Made by a program: the position numbers and the translations under genes
Assembly: GCA_964016885.1 (NCBI GenBank)
Contig: OZ024743.1
Coordinates: 2,790,001-2,854,000 of the forward strand
DNA length: 64,000 nucleotides
Direction of reading: 5' to 3'
Source of the DNA: Eledone cirrhosa
Lineage: Eukaryota
The notes under the pieces: model-generated
What the model saw: the letters and a program-made list of their open reading frames with translations, nothing else
What the model was told of the DNA's origin: nothing
Databases searched by the model: none
In this document: piece after piece, positions 39,109-53,344 of the stretch
Numbering within the stretch: the stretch's first letter is position 1
Layout of the letters: every line of letters starts with the position of its first letter

Positions 39109-39303
39109 CCCTTTAGCATTTACAGTACTCTCTATATACTATTGTATTTTCGCTGTAAAGGCTTTATCTCACATAATATCGAATCTATAAGATTTTGATA
39201 TTATTTATTTTGAGAACAGTACCTTAACATCAGTATGAGTGGCTAGTTACGGCCAATTTGAACAGAAAGAGGTGAGAGAATTACAGCCAGTTTAAATGAT
39301 AAA
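39109..39303. mobile_element. piggyBac-like MITE (right end degenerate)
   Basis: TTAA|CCCTTTAGCATTTA start and the same internal sequence as the other copies. Confidence 0.8.
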
Positions 39304-40143
39304 TCTTCCAACATATTTTTTTAATAAAAACATTTTATGTTACAATTATCAATTATTTTATTAATGAAATAAATAATAATTTTAGTAAATCCTTTCAAAA
39401 TTCTTGATTAATTAATTGAAATAAAGTGTATTTTATTAGCAATTTGGTCATGTCAGTGGAAGGTACATAGGACTACATTATCTAATGTGTCCTTTCCTTA
39501 ATTACCTTGTTAATGAGTTAGAAGAAAATATTTAAAAACAGATTTGTTTATAGTATATTTACTAGTGGACAGATTGTTGTGAACATTTACAATATTAGAA
39601 AAAAGACTAACCTTTAATGCAACACAGTCATAGTGCTGTTTTGCAATTTTCAAAAATGTTTTGCTTAGTGGATTCGTGTGGTACAGGACATTATGATCAA
39701 AATAGTAGGATGTGTTTGGAGGAAGATAATGGCTACCATCTCTAACAGATCAAGTGACAACATAGAGTGGTTTCCTCAGTACAACTGGTGTTATGTTTAA
39801 GTTTGTGTTTTGGTTGTATTAAGTGAGTCAGATATAAAACTTCTTTTGGATAGGATACCAGTCTCTCATTGCTGGTGACTTTTTACTATTGAAGGAATGG
39901 ATTAGATGCAGGACTCAATGGCATCGCTAAAGTGTGTGTGCTGTCTGGGGCAATCTTTGAGTTCCCCCCCACCCTACCCCACTCTACATGTTCAACTATG
40001 TGGTACTTGTGGTTGTTTGTGTGTGCATTGTAACTTCATCAGGATTTATGGGTTAAGATGAGAAGAGAGATACCATTTGTGCTACATGTGTAGAGCTAGT
40101 TGGCCAGATGTGGCCAGTTATGACCATTGGCGACTGTCTAGAT

Positions 40144-40777
40144 CAGTATTTCTCAACCTTTTTACCCTTGTGGAACCCTTGAAATAGTTTTCATGTCACA
40201 GAGAACCCTGCATAAAAATTATCCCCCCCCCCTTCTATACACCTCCCACGTCCCAACATGCACCCACCCACTCTGTTCACACCACCCTTACACTGTAAGG
40301 TGGTTGTATAGGTGTCACAACAAAAAGCACCCAGCCCACACTGCAAAGTGGTTGTGTAGGAGTAATGAGAAAAAGCACCCAGCACACACTGTAAATGTGG
40401 TTGGCATTAGGAAGGGCATCCCGTCATAGAAACCTAGCCAGAAACAATTCTATATGAATAAAACATGGTCACCTCACTCAACTTGCCTCAAATTGGATAA
40501 CCTGTCTAATCCATTGTAGCATGGAAAATGGACATTAAATGATGATGATGATGATGATTATTATTAATATCTATCTCTTTTAGAGGTTGAAGCCTTTATC
40601 ATAATAATCAAAGATTTACGAACAATATGCTGTTCGTGTACAGTAAAATTACAAATATAAAATAAATAAAAAATTACTAAAAAATGCATTAACTTATTTA
40701 TCACTGTTTCTCACGGAACCACTAGCGACCTCTTGTAGAGCCCTAGGATTCCGAGGAACTCCGGTTGTGAAACGCTT
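40144..40777. mobile_element. hAT (Charlie-like) MITE with SINE insertion
   Basis: CAGTATTTCTCAACC...GGTTGTGAAACGCTT; TSD GTCTAGAT/GTCTAGAG; inverted relative of 15786-16717. Confidence 0.75.
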
Positions 40778-41654
40778 GTCTAGAGTCTAGGCCACACACT
40801 CAACGTAATGTTGATAACAGAATATAAACTATGAGTCACTGGACCAGTTAGTGCAGTTGTTTAGTCAGAGGTCAGCTTTCATCAAACAGATATGTGATCA
40901 AAGGTGTTCCAACATGTGACCATCATGCCTTTATCGGAATATAGTACGATATGAGTGAACTATGTGTATATTATCTAATCTATCCTATTTTGAAAAAAAG
41001 TAGGTTGTGATTTCAATAAGATTTAACTATTTCTATCTAGTGTGTGTTGAGGCTGCTTTGTTGGCTTATCTTGTGGCTGGTTGTAATAACGGTCAACCAT
41101 ACTCTGTGTGTTGGATAATATCATTATCATGATCACCATCATTTAACATTCATCTTCACTGCTAGCAAGGGTTGGACAGGCCTCAACAGACTAAGTCAAT
41201 ATTGAAACAGCTACTGACTTCTTGGATTGGCCAGGGATCTGCACCTCAATTACATATGTTCTTGCCTTCTATTTACTGCATTTTATAGTGGCACCAACAC
41301 TAAGGAGGTTCTCATGTCTTGGACAAAACCTTTGCTTGGCAAGTTTTCTGTGGCAAGATGCCCTTCCTATCACCAACCATTCTAGAGTGTACTGGGTGTG
41401 TTTATCCTGCATGGAGAGTGGATGTAAAATGGAAAGTTAAAAGATAAAGTCTATCTTAAGGGTTGAAGCTCGTCAGGCTTATACCTGTTTCCCAGGACAG
41501 GACATTGGTCCGTCATAGGATTAACTCTTTCTCAGCTGTGAGTACTGGGGCAATATCAAATGAAGTGTTTTGCTCAAGAACACAACACACCACCCAGTCC
41601 AGGAATCAAACTCACGGCATTATGCTTTAAGTCTGACACCCTAGCCACTTCATA

Positions 41655-41882
<228 letters not shown>

Positions 41883-41884
41883 GA

Positions 41885-41969
41885 GGTCTGATGAGCTTTT
41901 GATTCCAGAGTCGGGCCAGATTGATACAGATTGAACCTTGAGCTGATCAATAGTGAAACGCGTGTCACC
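41885..41969 (+). ncRNA. Type I hammerhead-like motif with long stem II
   Basis: GGT CTGATGA GCTTTTGAT..(42 nt)..ATCAATAGT GAAAC GCGT GTC ACC; GUC site (cut after 41966); stem I only 3 bp. Confidence 0.6.
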
Positions 41970-42919
41970 AATCAATAATTGTAATGGAGGCTTAACAAAT
42001 CGTCCTTGTATTATTATATATATATAGTGGTAATAACTTGGTAGAAATATCCAAGGTAGAGAGCAACTTGAGTCCGTAGGGCGAGTTTTAATTTAATTTA
42101 ATTAAAATTTATTATTGTTAGGAGAACCCTTCAGTTTTGTCAAGGACATGACAGCTTGGTGTGGGTGGTCTATATGTTAAATGCACCCAGTACATGCTGT
42201 AAGCTGTTTGATAAGAAGGGCATCCAGCCATGGAAAGCTTGCCAAATAAAGAGTTGGGACAACCCTTCAGTTGTGTCAAAGGCATAACAGCCTCTCTTGT
42301 GCACTTGGTAGAATATGATACTGTACATAAGTGAGATGCAGAAGCCCTGGCCTGTCTGGGAGGTCAGTAGCCCTGCTTCTGTACTGATTTGGTCTATGTT
42401 GATCTGTCCAACCAACCCTTGCTAGCAGAGAAAGCTGAAGTTAAATGATGATGATATAACACATACATGGTTGCATGTCTTAATGCAAAGCTACACTCTG
42501 TTTCTATTAATTCCCAACTCCCATTATGTCTTGCCTGCTGTCATTTGCAGATAAAAGATAAAAATTGTTAATTATTTCCCCATGCAGGGTTTGTAGCCTT
42601 TCTATAAATTACCATGGGCTTTCAGAGTAACAGATACATTTTATCTTTCTCACGAAAAATGAGAAACAAGAAACACATATCTTTTTGAAGCCCACTTTAT
42701 CATAGTTGTATTTTTTTTTTTTTTTTTAATATAAATTTAATTTAATTAATGTTTCTTTTTATTTAAATCCAAATCACTGATAGCAGTTTTACAATGTTCT
42801 CACTGTTTAAATTCAAATACTTTGACTAATTTATTAAACTAGACTTTCTTTACATATTTTTCATGTTCTATCAAGCTCTTTTTGTTGCTGCTGTTGTTAT
42901 TGCTGCATATCAGCTGATA

Positions 42920-43760
42920 AAGCTTTGCCTTTCATCCATTGGTAAAATAAAGTACTAGTCAAGTACTGGGGTCGATTTAATTGACTTCTCCTCTCACCCA
43001 AACTGTTGTCCTTGTACCTAAATCAGAAACCATTAATAATAATGGTTTCTGATTTAGGCAGAAGGCCAACAATTTTGGAGGGAGTGGAAAGTTGTTTAAA
43101 TCAACCTCAGTGAATTACTGGTGCTTTATTTTATCGATCCCCATAAGGATGAAAGGCAAAGCTAACCTCAGCAGGATTTGAACTCAGAATGTAAAGAACC
43201 GTAACTACTTCATGCCGCAAAGCATGGTGTCCAATACTGCTAATAATAATAATGATAATAATAATAATAATAATTCTTTCTAGCATTGGCAGAAGGCCAA
43301 CAATTCTGGGGAGGGGAAAGTTGTTCATATCAAGCCTAATATTTAACTGGTACTTTATTTTATCAACCCTGGAAGGATGACAGGCAAAGTTAACTATGGC
43401 AGGATTTGAATTCAGAATATAGAGAGCTGAAACAAAATGCCACAAAACAATTCATCTGATCTAACCATTCTGTCAATCCACCACTCTCATAATACTACTA
43501 CTAATAATTGTTTCTACTTTTGGCACAAGGCCAGCAAATACCCAGTGTATTACTGGTACTTTATTTTATCGACCCCGTAAGGATGAAAGGCAAAGTTAAC
43601 CTCGGCGGGATTTGAACTCAGACTGTAAAGGGACGTAACTATGCTAGAAAGCATGGTGTCCAACCCTCTACCGATACTGCCAATTCACCAACCTTATAAT
43701 AATAATGGTTTCTAATTTAGGCACAAAGCCAGCAATTTGGAAGGAGGAATTTGGAAGGAG
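42920..43760. mobile_element. Cluster of about five SINE family A copies linked by (AAT)n tails
   Basis: One + copy followed by several - copies; core motif repeated near 42925, 43140, 43370 and 43575. Confidence 0.8.
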
Positions 43761-43769
43761 GAATAATAA

Positions 43770-44980
43770 TTTTTTCATTAGCCACACGGGGCTCATATTA
43801 AGAGAACAAAGATGGTACTGGATGGTACAGTGTGGGGTTTTTGTGTAAACTAAAGTTTATAAGAAAGACTAAAAAAATAAACATTTAAAAAAAAAAAAAA
43901 ATCGAGCCACAAATTCTTAAAAAGTGGGGAGACCTCAAAGGGTCACTTGTGGAGAAAGCCCACAAAAAGCCATGGTCACCCTGACCGCTAGGGCAAGCGC
44001 CCCCTCCCTGTTCTCCTCTAACCTACAGGCATATACTCAGGGCAGACCCATTCACTTGGACCATGCTCACCACTCACCACTCTTTTAACAAACTGGTTGG
44101 AGGGTAGCACTCTCCATTCCACCCTGATTTTCCTCTTCAAGTGAAGTCTGAAAAAGTTAATCAGGGCTTTGCTAAAGAGGAAAATGCTTGTCTTCAGTCC
44201 TTTCAAACGCATCTACCACACAATATCTTTTGCCATGGTCACCAGGCAGATAAAAACTGCTTGTCCTTCCCCACTACAGGAAGACAGTGGAGCAATCTTC
44301 ACAATGGACTCAGTTACTAGTCAGATCTGTCCCACACGTGACAGCGAGTGTTCAACATAAACCCACAAGTCAGCAATGCTCAGAAACTTAATGAGTGTGT
44401 GCGGGATGGTTTTGTTGCCCTGCGCACATCTTGGACAGGCCTGACTAATGGCACTTCCATGCCTATAGAGCTTATTTCAAACTGGCAGAGCTCCTAGGTA
44501 GCACTGCCAGGCCAGCGATTTCTTGAAGTTATCCATAAGTCCTGGACCAAAAATCCTCCAGAAAAGAGTGGCTGGTTGATTTTCATCAATACCCAGTGTC
44601 TCCTCAAGAACATCATCGTTTTGTCCCCTCATGTCTAAGAACAAGCACCCTAGCTCTGAAAATGTAGCCTTTGTACTTAGCATTGAAAAATTGGTACAGG
44701 GCTAATCTCACTGCAAGCATGTCAGTTGCAAGCTTTTGTTAATTGCTTTCTCTAGTTTTCTAACTAGTTCTCATTACAGCTTTAGTAAACCTTATTGACT
44801 CTGCTCTAATAGCTCTTTCCAAGGCAAACCACCATTTGTTGTTAATGATTTCCCCCATCAATGCCAGCTTACCTAATTCACTAATCTGGTCTTAGTAATC
44901 TTTGTGCACCAGGAACGACGTATTCAACTTCCAGTAAACTGGGTCCCATTCTGTGAAGCCTATCAAGATTGACTACACAG
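43770..44980 (-). mobile_element. Tx1/L1-clade LINE remnant, internally deleted
   Basis: YWKLNTSFL (minus strand near 44935), C-terminal KSLAWQCYLGALPV and a CPRC...H zinc-knuckle remnant. Confidence 0.7.
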
Positions 44981-45719
44981 AATAATCTATTAGTTTTCCA
45001 GAAAGTCCTTGATAATTATGTCTGTTGCATTTTGTTTATTTTTGTTTTATTTTTAAGTTTCCACATAGGAAAGATAAAGAATTGATTAAACATTACAACA
45101 TCAAAAAACTTAAATGTAGAACTGCCAATTTTACACGTTTGCCCACTAACCTTAGTCATTTAATCTAACCACAACAAGCTATGTTTTTTTTTTTTTTTTT
45201 TTTTAGGAATGAAAATCCTATACATTAGTCTTTTGCAATATATATATATATGTTTGTGTGTGTGTGTACACCAGTACACTTATATCTAATCTAGTTGTAT
45301 TAGTCTGTATGTGGACTTATTTGTTATTGAAATTGGTTTATCACAAATCCTATCCCAAATAGTATAGGGCTTGCTCTCAGATAATACAGGATACTTGATA
45401 ATTCAGTTATTGCAAAATCTCAGGAAAAACAAAACAATGTATATCTGTGTGGTGACTGTATGTGTGTGTGTGTGTGAGAGAGAGACTGTATGTTTGTGTT
45501 TGTATGTTTGTTTGTGTGAGACTGTGTGTAATAAAGAAAATAAGTGGCTAAAAAGTTTACAAATCAAATTAATTGGTCAAAAGTAATGTAGCTGATATCA
45601 CTAAATTGTGGACTGTCATGTGTGTGTGTTTGTGTGTTTATTGGTTTGTGTGTGTGTGTCCCCTTCACGTCATGCTTCATCGTACCTTTAAGATGCTTTA
45701 TCAACAGTATTTTGTACAA

Positions 45720-46679
45720 ACACTTTTGTAGAATAAGTCTGAATTAATTACTCTCAAAAACATTTTATAATCAAATGATATAAATGTCTTAAGTGTGCTT
45801 TCTGCACTTTGTCATATTCCAAGCCAGTTTTGGTTTAGGCTGGAGATCCATCTGGCCACAAATCTTTGCATCATCCTTCTCTATAGCTGCAAGACATGAC
45901 TAATGAGACCCACAAACTGGAAGCATCTGACACACTTTCTCCTTCATTGAATCTCCCATGTTTACACAGGGATTTTGTCAAACTCAAAACGTTCATCATC
46001 ATCATTGTCAAATTGATTTTGTTCAACAACACCTAGTCAAAATATACTATCACTGGTTTGATCACACACTTCATGGCCTACATGGTGAATCCATTTACAA
46101 TACAGTGGCACCAGTAACCCACCCAAGATGGTGTAAATAGTGATTTGCCAGTAGTATGTTGTTGAGCCTGGTCATTGGTCATTTCAAGAGGAACTTCTCA
46201 ACAACTTGTGTTCATAAGTCTGAGTTTAAGGTGTTGATAGATGGTGCTTTGTGAAGGACCAAGTTCTGCCGACAATGTATGAGTGCTTGTGCTTGGCTGT
46301 TGCTCAGTCATTTCAAGCCAAGACTCATCTTTCAGAACAGGTCTACCTGACCTTGATTTGTTTTCAAGGCTGGTGTCAGCTTCCTTGAAACATTTGAACC
46401 AGTTTTGTGCTACACATTTGTTAACAGATTCTGGGACTTACATATCATTAATATATTTTGCTGCTGCCCTTACACTCAGTTCTTCTTTCCACAGGCAGTG
46501 TAAAATGGTTCTAATTGCAATCATTTCACCATTCATTATCAAAGCTGTAAAATAAAGAATAAACAACTCAGCAACAATTGGACAAATTGCATCAAATTAA
46601 TGATATAACATAGAGATACAAGTTACCAAAAATCATTTATGAAAATTTGAAAAAAACCCAACAACTTTTGCCTCAACTG
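45720..46679 (-). mobile_element. Mariner transposon remnant
   Basis: Minus-strand translation AQNWFKCFKEADTSLENKSRSGRP...STHTLSAELGPSQSTIYQHL (mariner HTH region); end CAGTTGAGGCAAAAGTT. Confidence 0.75.
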
Positions 46680-46989
46680 TGTGTGTGTGTGTGTGGGGGG
46701 GGGGGGTCGTCTTCGCTGCTGCCGCCACCTAAGCATAGCCACTACATTCTGTCATTTTTCTTGGTATCACACTTTTTAACTGTTGCGTTTTACTATGGAC
46801 GATAATGTTTAGCTTATTGATCCATTGAGTGCTTTGTGATTGCCTCAAACAACTTGATTAGTACCTGCTATATGGCAGCTATAACTTCAATTCATATCCA
46901 ATATATATACATATATATATATACTCTAAAAATGTTATAATCCTTAACAACCCATCTCAGATATTTAAACATTTATCCTGTTTGTGTCT

Positions 46990-47400
46990 TTATCTGTGCT
47001 CTTGAAGCATCATCATTATGCCTTATCATGTCTGATGGTTAGAAAATATGTGATGAAAAGTTCCTCTCCAGTCTTCTCTATCCTTAACCATATCGTTCAG
47101 CTCAGTAAATTTGTTGCTGACCATTTTCATGCTTCCAAATTAAGTGGTTTGTTTGTAGCCTGGTCCTGTCTTCTCAGTTGCTGCAGTAGGGACAATTCAC
47201 TTCAAATCCATCCTAGCAGAATCATGTAATATATGTCCAAAATATTGCAATTGTCATCTCCTAATATTTCATAGTAGTATCTAGCTATCCAGTTATATCT
47301 TGTCCAGTACTTGAGACACTGCTATGCAGACTCTATCATAACCTCTCTATATCATTGATCTCCATATAATTTACATATTTTCCATTTTCACTTCTAGAGA
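46990..47400 (-). mobile_element. Old RTE-like LINE 3' fragment
   Basis: QLQYFGHI motif on the minus strand near 47240; highly degenerate. Confidence 0.5.
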
Positions 47401-47439
47401 TTCAAATAAACAAAAGACAATTTTCAAAGTCAACAATTT

Positions 47440-47740
47440 CAGGGTCATAAACTAGTCTTATTTTCCACTTAGGGTCACCTTGGGTCATAAGCTAGGCCTG
47501 TTTCCCCACTTAGGGTCACCTTGGGTCATAAGCTAGGTTTGTATTCTACTTAGTTTATAACCCAAGGTCACCCTAAGCTTGTTATCCACTTAGGGTCATC
47601 ATGAATCTTAAACTAGGCCTGTTTTCCATTTAGTCACCTTGCGTCATAAACTAGGCTTGTTTTCTTCATAGTGAGGGTCATCTTGGGTCACAAACTAGGC
47701 TTGTTTGCCATTTAGTGGGGGTCACCTTGGGCCATAAACC
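47440..47740. repeat. ~40-bp minisatellite
   Basis: TAGGGTCACCTTGGGTCATAAGCTAGGCCTGTTTTCCACT-like units. Confidence 0.85.
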
Positions 47741-48227
47741 TGACATATCTTTAGAATTATTCTCCAGTAACATTTCTATTTAAGACTATATAAAATGAAT
47801 TTTTATTTTGAGGACTTACATACAAAGGAATTAAATATATTTGTTTTGGTTGGTGGTTTCATGTATATACATACATACATAAATACATATATTTGAAAAA
47901 TGATAAGAATTACTTTTCTTATAATTTTTCAAATATATTTTACTGTACCAAGAATTTTTTCATTCTCTACCTAGATACAGTTGTTAGAATATTGGATAGA
48001 ACGTTTTGTATTATTGATTTCAGTTTCTGGTCTCTGAGTTCAAATCATGCTGAGGTGAACATTGCCTTTCATCCTTTTGAAGTCAATAAAAAAAATGTAC
48101 TAGTCCAGTTCTAGGGTTGATTCTTCCGTCATATCTTTTTCTTACTCTTCTGTCACTCTCTTTTCTTACTCTGGAAGAAATTGGCTGTATTCAGATCTTC
48201 AGAGGGGATGGGCCCCACCAGGTTTAA

Positions 48228-48448
48228 CCCTTTAGCATTTACATTACTCTATATATACTATTATATTTTCACAGTAAAGGCTTTATCTCACATAATTACC
48301 TCACATAATATCAAATCTATGAGATTTTGATATCATTTATCCTGAGAACAATACCTTAACATCAGTATGAGTGGCCAGTTATAGCTGGTTTGAGCAGAAA
48401 GAGATGAGAGAATTCTGGCCGGATATGGCCAGTTAAAATGCTAATGGG
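48228..48448. mobile_element. piggyBac-like MITE inserted in a SINE
   Basis: TTAA TSDs; the host element is uninterrupted at 59440-59480. Confidence 0.85.
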
Positions 48449-50382
48449 TTAAACAAAATGCCCAAAAAATGCTGTATGTCACTACAGCTCCCTTATGGCT
48501 CTACTAGGAGTTGTGGGTCCATTATATATATCATCATTGTTTTTAAGCCTGCTTTTCCATTGTTTTCTTGATAATTATGATGTTCAGTAGATGTGGTTGA
48601 TTGTGGAACTTGCTTCAGCTACTATAAAATCACTAATGTTGGTCTTTATTGTTCTTGTGTATTTCCCTACTGCTGTCATGGATTTTTAATATGTAGCACT
48701 GAACTTCTGTTGCTTCTATCATTTCTCCTACAACTCTTGTAGGCCTCTACTGCTCTTGTGGACTTCTACTACCAACACTAACACTTTACCGAGTATACTG
48801 GATGTATTTTATTGTGGCATCAGCACGAGAGAGGTTGTCATATGTTAGGTCAGACTGAAGAGTCTTCTCAAACCCTATATTGTCTCTGATTGCCAAATCT
48901 GTAGCTGGCAGTCTCTTCTGTCTTTATATTTATCTACATCTCTATCAACATCATCAATACCATGATCGTCTGACAAGGGTTGCCATCTTTTTTTTCTTCT
49001 CCCAGCTGCTTTAACTTCTTTCTTTCTTATCACATTCTTATAGTGTGTTACTGTGGGCTGAATGGTAAGAGAACAAACCTGTCTCTGCCCACAGTCACCT
49101 GGTCAGAGTGAAACTTAAACAGCTCAGGGAGATGCTGAATGGTAAGCCTTTGCCAGCCATGTCGGTCTTCAGCTGCATCTCCCCAGCTGGACAATTTCAA
49201 CACTCTGTCACCTCTGAAGTAGGTATTTAAACATTCATTACATATTCTTTATGGTTAAAAAAAAAACAAAAAAAAACATTTTTTTTTTGTTTTTTATAGA
49301 ACACACACACACTAACTCACACCCACACATACATCAGTAAAACTCACACAGTTATAGAAGCATAGGCACACATTAACATACACGCAAACATCTACAATCA
49401 CGCACACACGTAAGTACACACGCACACACACAGACAAACATGCATGCACGCACACACACACATAGAGACAAATATGCATGCACACACACACAGATAAATA
49501 TTTCTTTATCTTACACACTTGTTTGATATGTAGAGATAAATTATTTGAGCTTTCCTGATCAGACCAATGAAAGAATGATCAATTTGATAAACAGATAATT
49601 AGTCTTCTTGATCTCAGGTATGTTAGTGGCTCTGCATAGGAACAGATGTGATATTCATACATTTTCCAACAGTATTAGCAAATAAAATGTAACTGATACA
49701 AGTGGAAACTGTAACAAATATTGGAAGTGTGTGTTCTAGTGTTTAGGGAGTTGGACTTGCAATCATATGGTTGTAGGTTCAATTCCTGGACTAGATAGTG
49801 TGTTATTTTGTTAAGCAAAATGCTTCATTTCATATAGCTTTCCATGATAGAACTATCGCTATAATGCCCCCAAAACCTCATACGAAAGCTAACCTCATAA
49901 CTTTTAATGACAAGACTGGGGCCCCTATCATCTAATTTCATCAAAACACCAAAGAAACTTTTTATGAGATGCAATTTTGTCAGTTTTCGTGACAGGGCTG
50001 GGACATCTATTATCAAAACATACAAGAGACCTCTTATGAGATGCAACCTTCTTTACCAAAATATTAAAAAAGTTTAAATGTACAACAATCACTCTCACTT
50101 ATATGCACATACACCCCACCCACACCCACACCCACGCCCTATCCTGGTCATGTTTACTCTTTAACCTCTGAGTTTGTGTGTTTCTAAGTAACAAAACCCT
50201 TTCTCTCCCTTTCCAATCCCAGTTCATTCAGCTATATTTATTTTGACCCAACTCCCCCTCATGCTCATATTTCAGCTACCATTTATGACTAAACCACTTT
50301 TCTATATTAACTTTAACCACATTTAGCATATTTAATCAATCTATTTATTTATTTAATTCAGTTTTATATCCATATTTCCAGA

Positions 50383-50438
50383 CTACCCTACTGAGGACTG
50401 TATTTATAAAATTGCAAAGCTGCACATGTTTGGGGTAG
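50383..50438 (+). ncRNA. Decayed hammerhead-like motif
   Basis: 8-bp stem I CTACCCTA/TGGGGTAG around CTGAGGA, but the GAAA box is mutated; downstream CTATGTTGAGTA resembles the 28.4-kb elements. Confidence 0.4.
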
Positions 50439-50718
50439 CTGTTTGTACAGCTGTATATTCTTCACATTAAACATTTGTTCTATTTTTTACGTATATCAAC
50501 TGAGCTATGTTGAGTAATGGGCTTTTCCTAATGACACATCATAAATGCTATCTTTTACAGCATTTGATCTTGTGATCCCCCAGGCTATATTTTCTATGTA
50601 CCCCTCCACCACCACATATATATATATCTCACCCTCACAAACAATCTGTTTGTAGTTCACAAAATTACCCAGTCACTGCACTTATCAAGAAAACATTGTG
50701 CATTTCTCGCCCACTTAA

Positions 50719-50938
50719 CCCGTTAGCATTTATATTATTCTATATTTACTATTGTATTTTCACAGTAAAGGCTTTACCTCACATAATTATCTCACATAAT
50801 ATTGAATCTACGAGATTTTGATATTATTTATTTTGAGAACAATACCTTAACATAAACATGAGCAACTGGATATGGCCAGCTTGAACAGAAAGAGGTGAGA
50901 GAATCCTGGTCGGATACGGCTGGTTAAATGTTAAAGGG
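50719..50938. mobile_element. piggyBac-like MITE
   Basis: TTAA|CCCGTTAGCATTTA...TAAATGTTAAAGGG|TTAA. Confidence 0.85.
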
Positions 50939-51109
50939 TTAAATATGTTGAATACTGTGTATCAGACAGTTAGAGTTGCTTCAAATTCTAGGCTTCATTA
51001 TCTCTGAGGAACTCCCTACCTCTAACATACTGAAGAATGTGTATCAGGAAGCTAGAGTTCTTGTGGTTGGTTCAAATTCTACTATCTCCAAGGAACTGTC
51101 TTCACCTTA

Positions 51110-51330
51110 AAGTGTATCAGGCAGGTAGTTTTTTTTGTCACTTCAAATTTGAAACCTTACTGTCCCTGCCTCAAAGTGTATCAGGCAGGTAGAGTTTTTT
51201 TTGTCACTTCAAATTTTAAACCTTACTGTCCCCACCTCAAAGTGTATCAAGCAGGTAGAGTTTTTTTTTTTTTTTGTCACTTCAAATTTTAAACCTTACT
51301 GTCCCCACCTTAAAGTGTATCAAGCAGTTA
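51110..51330. repeat. ~62-70-bp tandem repeat (3-4 units)
   Basis: AAAGTGTATCAGGCAGGTAG..(T)n GTCACTTCAAATTTTAAACCTTACTGTCCCC units. Confidence 0.85.
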
Positions 51331-51430
51331 AAGTTTTTGTGGTTGCTTTAACTGCTAGGCCTCGCTATCTTTAAGGAACTCTTCAGGTGAAGGAATATTC
51401 TTCCTATAGCAACACTGAAAATCATAGAGT

Positions 51431-51829
51431 ATCATCATCATCATCATCATCAACGTTTAACGTCCGTGTTCCACGCTTGCATGGGTTTGGACAGGGGTAG
51501 TCCCACTTGAGGCAAGAGTGATTGTCTTGCTCGCATAGGACTGTCTGGCAGGTTTTCTACAGTTGGATGCCCTTCCTAACACCAACCACATTTACAGTGT
51601 GGGTCTGGGAGGTTTTTACCGTGTTGCCTACACGACCACATTACAGCGTGGACTGTGTGTCTTTTTGTCGTGACACCTACACGATCTCATTTGTTTCGGC
51701 CTGGATGGCGCGGCACCAACATAACTTTACATAGAACGGTGTGGATGGGGTGGGGGTGGTGGTGGCGGGACGGGGTGTATTTTGTTAGAGATGCCTACTG
51801 GCTGTAGTAGGTTTTACTATGTTATTAGG
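51431..51829 (-). mobile_element. Headless RTE-dependent short element (family H), complete
   Basis: Reverse complement of 15835-16212. Confidence 0.8.
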
Positions 51830-52091
51830 AATGTGGTAATAAAAGAGTCAAACAAGAACAACCCCTTTGGTTGATTTTATTTCACTGACTCTTGCCAATA
51901 CAGACTGTCATCACTACCACCACATCCATCACACCCACCACTACCACCACATTCACCACCACTAACCACCATCAACACCATGACAACAACGACCACCACT
52001 ATCACCCTCTTTACATCCAGTGATTATATTTATACATGTAGTCTGGTGTTTGCTATATGTGCCAGCTTTCATGTCTTGCATGTGTTTAGAT

Positions 52092-52092
<1 letters not shown>

Positions 52093-52141
<49 letters not shown>

Positions 52142-52190
52142 GCACGCACGCACACACACACACACGCACACACGCACACACGCACACACA

Positions 52191-52243
<53 letters not shown>
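52093..52243. repeat. (CA)n microsatellite
   Basis: Directly visible. Confidence 0.95.
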
Positions 52244-52245
<2 letters not shown>

Positions 52246-52514
52246 CTTCACACACAAACACCTCCACACACTTGTGCACACACAAACACCACATATATGC
52301 ACATACACATGCACACATGTACACTTACAGACACCCACACATGCACACTCTAACATGTGTGCACACACAGTTACTCCCCACACACATGCAGACATATGCA
52401 CTGACACCACATACACCCACATGCACCAAAATATACATTAATGTGGTTGGTATTTTTACAATTAGTATAAGTGTACAAATGTAATACAAGTAATGTAATA
52501 TTATTATTACATTT

Positions 52515-52815
52515 CTTGCCTTTCATCCTTACGGGGTCGATAAAATAAAGTACCAGTAATGCACTGGGTAATTGCTGGCCTTGTGCCAAATGTAGAAACA
52601 ATTATTATTACATTTCTAATATAAAAGGGCGGTGGATTGGCAGTATCGGTAGAGTGTCAGATGCTATGCTTTGATGCATAGGCCCTTGCCATTCTGAGTT
52701 CGAATCCCACCGAGGTTAACTTTGCTTTTCATCCTTACGGGGTCGACAAAATAAAGTACCAGTAATATACTGGGTAATTGCTGGCCTTGTGCCAAAAAGT
52801 AGAAACAATTATTAC
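52515..52815 (+). mobile_element. Two tandem SINE family A copies
   Basis: Truncated copy 52515-52610 and full copy 52627-52815. Confidence 0.8.
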
Positions 52816-53344
52816 ATTTCTAATGGAAGATCTTGCCTTGTTCTAATTTGATGTTGATTCTGGATTTGTCCCAATTTATTTCTGTTGGAAATACAAAGCT
52901 AGCTGACCAAATGATTCTTTCAATTCAGCTACCCAACTATTCTACCTGTAGTTATCACATTTTCATAAAGGAAAGGTGTTGATTGTCAGATTGAACCAAG
53001 GAAACAATATTCCTATTGGTCTTCTTTCCATTGCTGATATCTGTTGTCAGATTGAACCACCTTGGAAACAATTTTTCCATTGGTCTTTCAACTGCTGATA
53101 GAATCTGCTAATTGTGAGAATGGACCAAGGAATTTTCTACTTCAATTAATTTTTGAAATAAACAAGAACTTGGAAGAAAGTAATTTTATACATAATTAAT
53201 CTAGTGTTTAGAGCAAAGAAAATGTCTTATATAAAATTACAATGGAAAATCTTAATTTATATAAACATTTTTGTCATGTTCTTAAACACCACATTCATGA
53301 TATGAAAAATTTAGTTATATTACTAAATCCCTCCAAATTCTTGT

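Noticed and set aside
47465-47600. TTAGGG motifs suggesting interstitial telomere (also CCCTAA near 14045)
   Set aside because: Isolated hexamers inside larger repeat units, not tandem telomeric arrays.
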